The position numbers were made by a program, and so were the translations under genes. This document shows positions 57,495 to 62,465 of a stretch of 62,465 bases of DNA, piece by piece. The DNA is taken from assembly GCA_043812655.1 (NCBI GenBank), contig JBDRLW010000025.1, positions 1 to 62,465 of the forward strand, given 5' to 3'. The notes beneath the pieces are model-generated. The model was not told the origin of the DNA. It ran no database searches and saw nothing but the letters and a program-made list of their open reading frames with translations. Within the stretch, counting starts at the first letter, position 1; the number at the start of each line of letters is the position of its first letter. The stretch is from a bacterium. Its GTDB lineage: Bacteria > Margulisbacteria > WOR-1 > O2-12-FULL-45-9 > XYB2-FULL-48-7.

Positions 57495-59813
57495 ATGGCA
57501 GACCTTAATATTAGTGCTAACAGCCTATCCGCCTTAAAACAGGCCCTTTATATCAGGGATTACCTTGACTATTATTCTTTCCTGAACGAAGGGGACAAAG
57601 AAAAAGATAAACCCTCTCCGCTTTCAATGGAAACCATTAATGACCTGAAAGACCAGTCCGTCAAACCTAATCTGCGCCTTGCCACCGCCCTTGGCAAATT
57701 AGTTGATGAGTTCAATAAAACGCCGGCCGATGTAGCCAAAGCAGTTGAACTTTTTGGCCTGCCAACCGGCACCACCAAGATCAAGGCTAAGATGATCTCC
57801 CAAAACGCAACCAAGTTCCGCTTAAACTTGAAAGACAACAACACCGATCTAAAGTTGACACTAGCCGAAGTTGAAAAAAGCCCTATCTCCAAAAAAGGCA
57901 AAGCGCTTTTAGCCCAGATTTTGCCAATGAGAGATTATCTAGATTATTACACCTTTCTAAAAGAAGGAGATCAAGAACAGCATCTCCCAGCGCCGCTGTC
58001 ACCTGCGACCATTGAGCGGCTCAACGATCAGTCTGTCCAGCCAAACCTCCGTTTAGCCAAGGCGCTAGAAACGCTAGCCACCGAATTAAACTCCGATCGC
58101 CCAGCCGTGAAAGCCATTGCCGCGCATTTTGATATTCCGATCGATCCAGCTAAAGAGAACTTGAAAGCCAACATGTTTTCCCGGCTTGCCAATCGCTTTG
58201 GTTTAAAGATCAAAGATAGCAATGAAGACTTAAGAGCTGCCCTCTGTTCTATTGATAAACAAGAATGCCCTCCCCCCACCGGCAAACCCGATTGGGTCAG
58301 CCCGCCAGAACACCAGATCGGCGGGAAAAAGTGTTCAATGCCGGCGCACGATGTGGTGATCGATGGGACTACTTACCAGATCAAATACAATGGAAATTTT
58401 GTGGGGACCGGAAAGCCGGAAAAAGGCAAGGAAGGCTATCTCTATCCGAATAATATGGTCATCAAATATGACCGTGACCTGGACGGGATATTATCTCCCG
58501 CGGAACTAACAGACCATACCGGCGTCAGTTGTCATAATTGCCAGGCGGCAGCCGCTGAATTAATTAAACAACATCCAGGGGGCATCAAAGCACTGCCCTT
58601 AGCGGAGGCGATAAAAATGATCGCCAAGGAAAGAGAAATCTTTGACGCGGAAAGACTTAAACATTATACTGATCTCGAAAAACACGACTGGTTCCCGGCC
58701 AAGAATTATACCGCCAAAATAGAATTACTTGAAAGAAAGATTATGGCCCAGCCAGTCCTTGACCAGGCCGAAGCATTATTAAAAAAAGAACTGACCACGG
58801 ACGATAAGAAAAAATTGCAGGCCGCGATCGACAAGGTCAACATGGCGATCACGTCAGGCACGATCAAAAAAGGAGAAACATTAGATGAATCTCTCCCCCA
58901 ACTAAATATCGTCATGTCCGAGCTGTCTGCCAAGATCGCCGCCGAGGCAAGCGCCGCTAATAGCGCGGCCATCCATGCCGCACTAGGAAATAATGTAAAA
59001 AGAATAAATATCCCCCGCCCGCCTAAAAAAACTCCCGAACAAAAAAAGATGCCGCCTCTTTCCAGGAGAAGGGATGAATTAACCCGGGTTTTTACCGTCT
59101 TAGCTTCTTTTGACCCAACAAATAGGACCTATGATGAATTTCTAAAACAGATCAAAAAAGCTGACGAGGCAACAACAACTTCTTTTGAAAAGAAAGTCAG
59201 CGAGATCCTCTTATCGATCGAAAAGAAATATATCGTGAAAAACCGGCAAGGCTTGTTTGAAAGTTACAGCATCCCTGTTAATGACGTTGATTATAAAGAA
59301 AGCAAGGATTGCAATGAGGCGTGTGTTGATAAAAAATACCAGGAGCTAGCCGAGGAGCGGAGCTCTAATATTAGATATCTTAGGGAAGATGGGCTGGGGT
59401 TTCCTTTTTTATCTAAGCAGGCCTTAGCTGATGTATTGGCAACAGACAAAGGCGTTGACAAAGAAGATAAAAAAATCGATATAAACACCGATAACGGGCT
59501 CCACTTGCTCCAGCTCCGTATCTACGCCCGGACAATAGTCTGGGAGTACGCGCTAAAAATGATGAGGCATGAATATAATAGCCTTATTAGGTATAATCTA
59601 ACCGCTCAAGGTGATATTGTTTTTAAAGTGACCTATGATAACAAGACTGGAAACCTGGTCATCAAACCTAAGACCAATAACGATAAGAACCACGATAAAA
59701 TTGTCGCCGCCATTGGCACAATAAGGATTTTCCATTTCCCCGGGGTTTTTCCGATGAAAGAAAGACAAAAATCTTTTGAGCTTACTTATCCGCTTGAAGT
59801 TAAAGCTGATTAA
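57495..59813 (+). CDS. Hypothetical protein: N-terminal 125-aa tandem duplication, EF-hand-like loop, possible AgmX/PglI (TonB-C-like) C-terminal domain
   Basis: RDYLDYY.FL.EGD.E...P.PLS..TI..L.DQSV.PNLRLA.AL occurs twice. DRDLDGILSPAEL. C-terminal YNSLIRYN..AQGDIVFKVTYD..G...FHFP...LTYPL. Confidence 0.65.
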   Translation: MADLNISANSLSALKQALYIRDYLDYYSFLNEGDKEKDKPSPLSMETINDLKDQSVKPNLRLATALGKLVDEFNKTPADVAKAVELFGLPTGTTKIKAKMISQNATKFRLNLKDNNTDLKLTLAEVEKSPISKKGKALLAQILPMRDYLDYYTFLKEGDQEQHLPAPLSPATIERLNDQSVQPNLRLAKALETLATELNSDRPAVKAIAAHFDIPIDPAKENLKANMFSRLANRFGLKIKDSNEDLRAALCSIDKQECPPPTGKPDWVSPPEHQIGGKKCSMPAHDVVIDGTTYQIKYNGNFVGTGKPEKGKEGYLYPNNMVIKYDRDLDGILSPAELTDHTGVSCHNCQAAAAELIKQHPGGIKALPLAEAIKMIAKEREIFDAERLKHYTDLEKHDWFPAKNYTAKIELLERKIMAQPVLDQAEALLKKELTTDDKKKLQAAIDKVNMAITSGTIKKGETLDESLPQLNIVMSELSAKIAAEASAANSAAIHAALGNNVKRINIPRPPKKTPEQKKMPPLSRRRDELTRVFTVLASFDPTNRTYDEFLKQIKKADEATTTSFEKKVSEILLSIEKKYIVKNRQGLFESYSIPVNDVDYKESKDCNEACVDKKYQELAEERSSNIRYLREDGLGFPFLSKQALADVLATDKGVDKEDKKIDINTDNGLHLLQLRIYARTIVWEYALKMMRHEYNSLIRYNLTAQGDIVFKVTYDNKTGNLVIKPKTNNDKNHDKIVAAIGTIRIFHFPGVFPMKERQKSFELTYPLEVKAD

Positions 59814-59933
59814 AACTTGACAATTTCAAGGGTTATGACCACGACTTTCATGATTATCAATAATTTTGTTATTGTAATTACATAATTAGCCTAATTTATG
59901 GAACTAACTAAAACGCGAACAAGGGACCAGCAC

Positions 59934-59962
59934 TTGACTAATGGCCAATATTAGGCCATAAT
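59934..59962 (+). promoter_or_regulatory. Sigma-70-like promoter for the second ATPase
   Basis: TTGACT (59934-59939), 17 bp, CATAAT (59957-59962). AAGGAGG SD downstream. Confidence 0.7.
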
Positions 59963-59993
59963 CACCCATTATTACAGCCATAAGGAGGACATT

Positions 59994-61322
59994 ATGAGGA
60001 GAAGCATTAATAATGAGCTTAATAAATGGAAAAATCAGGTTGAGCGCTACCCGTTAATTATTAGAGGGGCAAGGCAAGTTGGTAAAAGTTATTTGATTGA
60101 AAACTTTGGCAGGGAAAATTTTAATAATCTAGTCGATTTAAATTTTGAACTCCAACCTAATTTAAAAGAATGTTTTACCTCTTTGGAACCAAAAGATATT
60201 ATTAACAAGCTACAACTGGTACTTAATACAAAAATAGAGGAAAAAGAAACATTACTTTTTTTAGATGAAATACAAGAATGCCCCGCCGCAATCTCTTCCC
60301 TGCGCTACTTTAAAGAAAAATTGCCGGGATTAGCGCTAATTGCCGCTGGCTCACTGCTTGAATTTACCTTGCGCAGCAGCGATTTTAAAATGCCGGTCGG
60401 CAGGATCCATTTTCTCTATCTCGAACCGTTGTCGTTTACTGAATTCCTGGAAGCGGCCGGCCATGAAGAATTACATAAGCTGCTCTCCACGCTTGATCCT
60501 GCCAAGCCAATAGACAATGTAGTCCATAATAAATTGCTTGATTTGGTGCGGCTTTACATGATCCTTGGGGGAATGCCAGCAGTATTAAACGAATATTTCA
60601 GAAGTAAAGACCTGGCCAATTGCCAAAATATCCAAAATTCCCTCGTCCAAACATACCGTGCTGATTTCGGTAAATACGCCAAGCTGGCACAGCACAAATA
60701 TTTAATAAAGATATTAGATACTGCCCCGCGCTTAGTCGGGCAAAGGATCAAATATGTAAACATTGACCAAACTGCCAGGTCCCGTGACCTAAAAACTGCC
60801 CTAGAACTCCTGACCATGGCTGGGGTCATTAAAACCATTAATTATTCGAGATCATCCGGGCTACCGCTGGGAGCAGAGGCAAATGATAATAAATTCCGCT
60901 TGAATTTTCTTGATGTCGGGCTGATGCAAAACATTTGCGGCTTATCAGCTGAATTAACCATAAATAAAGATATTATGCAGATAAATTCTGGAGCGATCGC
61001 CGAACAATTTGTTGGCCAGGAATTAAGGGCGTATTCGGATAAATACCAATCTAGCCAATTGTATTTCTGGGCAAGAGACAAACGGGGAAGCATGGCTGAA
61101 GTTGATTTTGTGGTTAGTTTTGGCGCCAACATCATCCCGATCGAAGTAAAAGCCGGGAAAACCGGAAAACTAAAATCCATGAGATTATTTATTAAGGAAA
61201 AGGGGGCCAAATTTGGCATTCGTATCTCCCAAGAAAAATTATCTTATTACGATCAGGTTCTTTCCCTTCCTCTATATATGATCGATCAATTACCCAGATT
61301 AGCGCAAAACTTAGGGGTATGA
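59994..61322 (+). CDS. AAA_14 ATPase with DUF4143 domain (paralog of 8266-9612)
   Basis: GARQVGKS, LLFLDEIQ, GGMPAV, FLDVGL, EVDFV..IPIEVKAG. Confidence 0.92.
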   Translation: MRRSINNELNKWKNQVERYPLIIRGARQVGKSYLIENFGRENFNNLVDLNFELQPNLKECFTSLEPKDIINKLQLVLNTKIEEKETLLFLDEIQECPAAISSLRYFKEKLPGLALIAAGSLLEFTLRSSDFKMPVGRIHFLYLEPLSFTEFLEAAGHEELHKLLSTLDPAKPIDNVVHNKLLDLVRLYMILGGMPAVLNEYFRSKDLANCQNIQNSLVQTYRADFGKYAKLAQHKYLIKILDTAPRLVGQRIKYVNIDQTARSRDLKTALELLTMAGVIKTINYSRSSGLPLGAEANDNKFRLNFLDVGLMQNICGLSAELTINKDIMQINSGAIAEQFVGQELRAYSDKYQSSQLYFWARDKRGSMAEVDFVVSFGANIIPIEVKAGKTGKLKSMRLFIKEKGAKFGIRISQEKLSYYDQVLSLPLYMIDQLPRLAQNLGV

Positions 61323-61334
61323 TGTTTTTTCCCG

Positions 61335-61343
61335 TGCTATAAT
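61335..61343 (+). promoter_or_regulatory. Extended -10 promoter (TGnTATAAT), probably giving a leaderless proA mRNA
   Basis: TGCTATAAT lies 6 nt before ATG 61350, and there is no SD. Confidence 0.65.
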
Positions 61344-61349
61344 ATCCCC

Positions 61350-62465
61350 ATGGAAATAGTAGAAAAGGGAAAATTAGCCAAAGAAGCCGCCGCCCAATTG
61401 GCCTTAACTCCGACCAAACAAAAAAACCACGCGCTAGAATTGATCGCTGCTGGGCTCAAAAAAAACTCCGCCAAAATCCTTGAGGCTAACTCTATCGACC
61501 TCAAAACGGGGACCAATCTCGATCGCCTGACGCTCAACGAAAAACGGATCAACGACATGATCGAAGGGGTGAAGTTGGTTAGTCGGTTAGTGGACCCAGT
61601 TGGTGAGGTGCTGGCGCAGTGGACCAGGCCCAATGGCCTCAAGATCAAAAAAGTCCGCGTCCCGCTCGGCGTGATCGGGATCATTTACGAGGCCAGGCCC
61701 AATGTCACGGTTGATTCGGCCGTTCTCTGTTTAAAAGCCGGCAACGCGGTAATCCTGCGCGGCGGGTCAGACGCGATCAATTCTAATATTGAGTTGACCA
61801 AGATAATAACAGACGCAGTAGTCGCCACCGGCCTCCACCCTAATACCGTCCAATTGATCGAAGAGGCCGGCCGCAAAGCGGCGGAAGAATTGATGAAGGC
61901 GAGAGATTATGTTGACGTCCTCATCCCCCGCGGCGGGAAAAACCTGATCCAAAGCGTTATTAAAAATTCGACCATCCCGGTCATTGAAACGGGTGAAGGG
62001 AACTGCCACGCCTACGTCGAAAAAACCGCCGACCTGAAAAAGGCTGTCGAGATAGTTTATAATGCCAAAGTCTCCCGGCCATCGGTCTGTAATGCCATCG
62101 AAACACTTTTAATCGACGAAGCGATCGCCGACCAATTCTTGCCCCTGGTGAAAAAACGATTAGACCAGGCCGGCGTCGAATTGCGGTGGGACGAAGAAGC
62201 CTGGAAGACGGAATTCCTCGATCTTATCTTAGCGGTTAAAATTGTCTCCGGCGTGGGCGAAGCGATCGCCCATATCAAGAAATACGGGACCAAACATTCG
62301 GAGACCATTAGCACTCGCGATAAAAAGGCGGCCAAGAAGTTCCAAGCTGAAGTTGACGCCGCCGCGGTCTATGTCAACGCCTCGACCCGCTTTACCGACG
62401 GCTTTGAATTCGGCTTTGGCGCCGAGATCGGCATCTCCACGCAAAAACTGCATGCCAGAGGACCC
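61350..62465 (+). CDS. proA: Gamma-glutamyl phosphate reductase (glutamate-5-semialdehyde dehydrogenase), 3'-truncated by the window edge; absent from the ORF track
   Basis: Manual translation gives MEIVEKGKLAKEAAAQLA...LDRLTL...DPVGE...RVPLGVIGIIYEARPNVT...KAGNAVILRGGS...IPRGG...RPSVCNAIETLL...NASTRFTDGFEFGFGAEIGISTQKLHARGP. Confidence 0.96.
   Translation, partial: MEIVEKGKLAKEAAAQLALTPTKQKNHALELIAAGLKKNSAKILEANSIDLKTGTNLDRLTLNEKRINDMIEGVKLVSRLVDPVGEVLAQWTRPNGLKIKKVRVPLGVIGIIYEARPNVTVDSAVLCLKAGNAVILRGGSDAINSNIELTKIITDAVVATGLHPNTVQLIEEAGRKAAEELMKARDYVDVLIPRGGKNLIQSVIKNSTIPVIETGEGNCHAYVEKTADLKKAVEIVYNAKVSRPSVCNAIETLLIDEAIADQFLPLVKKRLDQAGVELRWDEEAWKTEFLDLILAVKIVSGVGEAIAHIKKYGTKHSETISTRDKKAAKKFQAEVDAAAVYVNASTRFTDGFEFGFGAEIGISTQKLHARGP

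Noticed and set aside
58530..58544. CHNCQ in CDS 57495 as a heme c binding site
   Set aside because: The motif is CxxCQ, not CxxCH.
8266..61322. The two ATPase paralogs as direct repeats delimiting a mobile element
   Set aside because: Similarity is evident at protein level but the DNA is clearly diverged. No integrase, transposase, att site or tRNA is seen, and promoter copy 1 lies outside the bracket.
13..62453. Numerous short minus-strand and nested plus-strand ORFs in the ORF track
   Set aside because: Nearly all overlap long, motif-bearing + strand genes, including proA at the right end. They show no recognisable domains and are treated as shadow ORFs.

Overview
A 62.5-kb bacterial window in which every credible gene lies on the + strand. 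The lineage is probably a diderm candidate phylum. The PorV-SLH fusion and gene style suggest Ca. Saganbacteria/Margulisbacteria, but this is inference only. Gene order: a sugar-modification cluster (degenerate UDPGP-like protein, radical SAM, GT2, NAD epimerase); about 55 kb of large orphan-like proteins; then a 3'-truncated proA. The main hidden structure is a promoter-like motif, TGAAAT-N16-CGAT(A), equivalent to GAAA-N15-(GC)CGATA and matching sigma-28/FliA geometry. I found it 12 times with an invariant 16-bp spacer, each time directly upstream of an orphan gene or operon. The two DUF4143 ATPases, a toxin-antitoxin pair and proA instead carry sigma-70-type promoters. The putative regulon includes: (i) a 21-kb four-gene block resembling a giant, divergent synthase-dependent polysaccharide system (split BcsA-like GT2, GH26-TPR protein, TPR plus beta-barrel protein); (ii) lipoprotein-like proteins whose lipobox-like Cys sits behind a long N-terminal leader; (iii) a Ser/Thr kinase operon; (iv) a T9SS-CTD-like surface protein next to a PorV-SLH fusion; (v) a GH16 lichenase-type protein. 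All domain calls were made by eye from motifs; no database searches were run.
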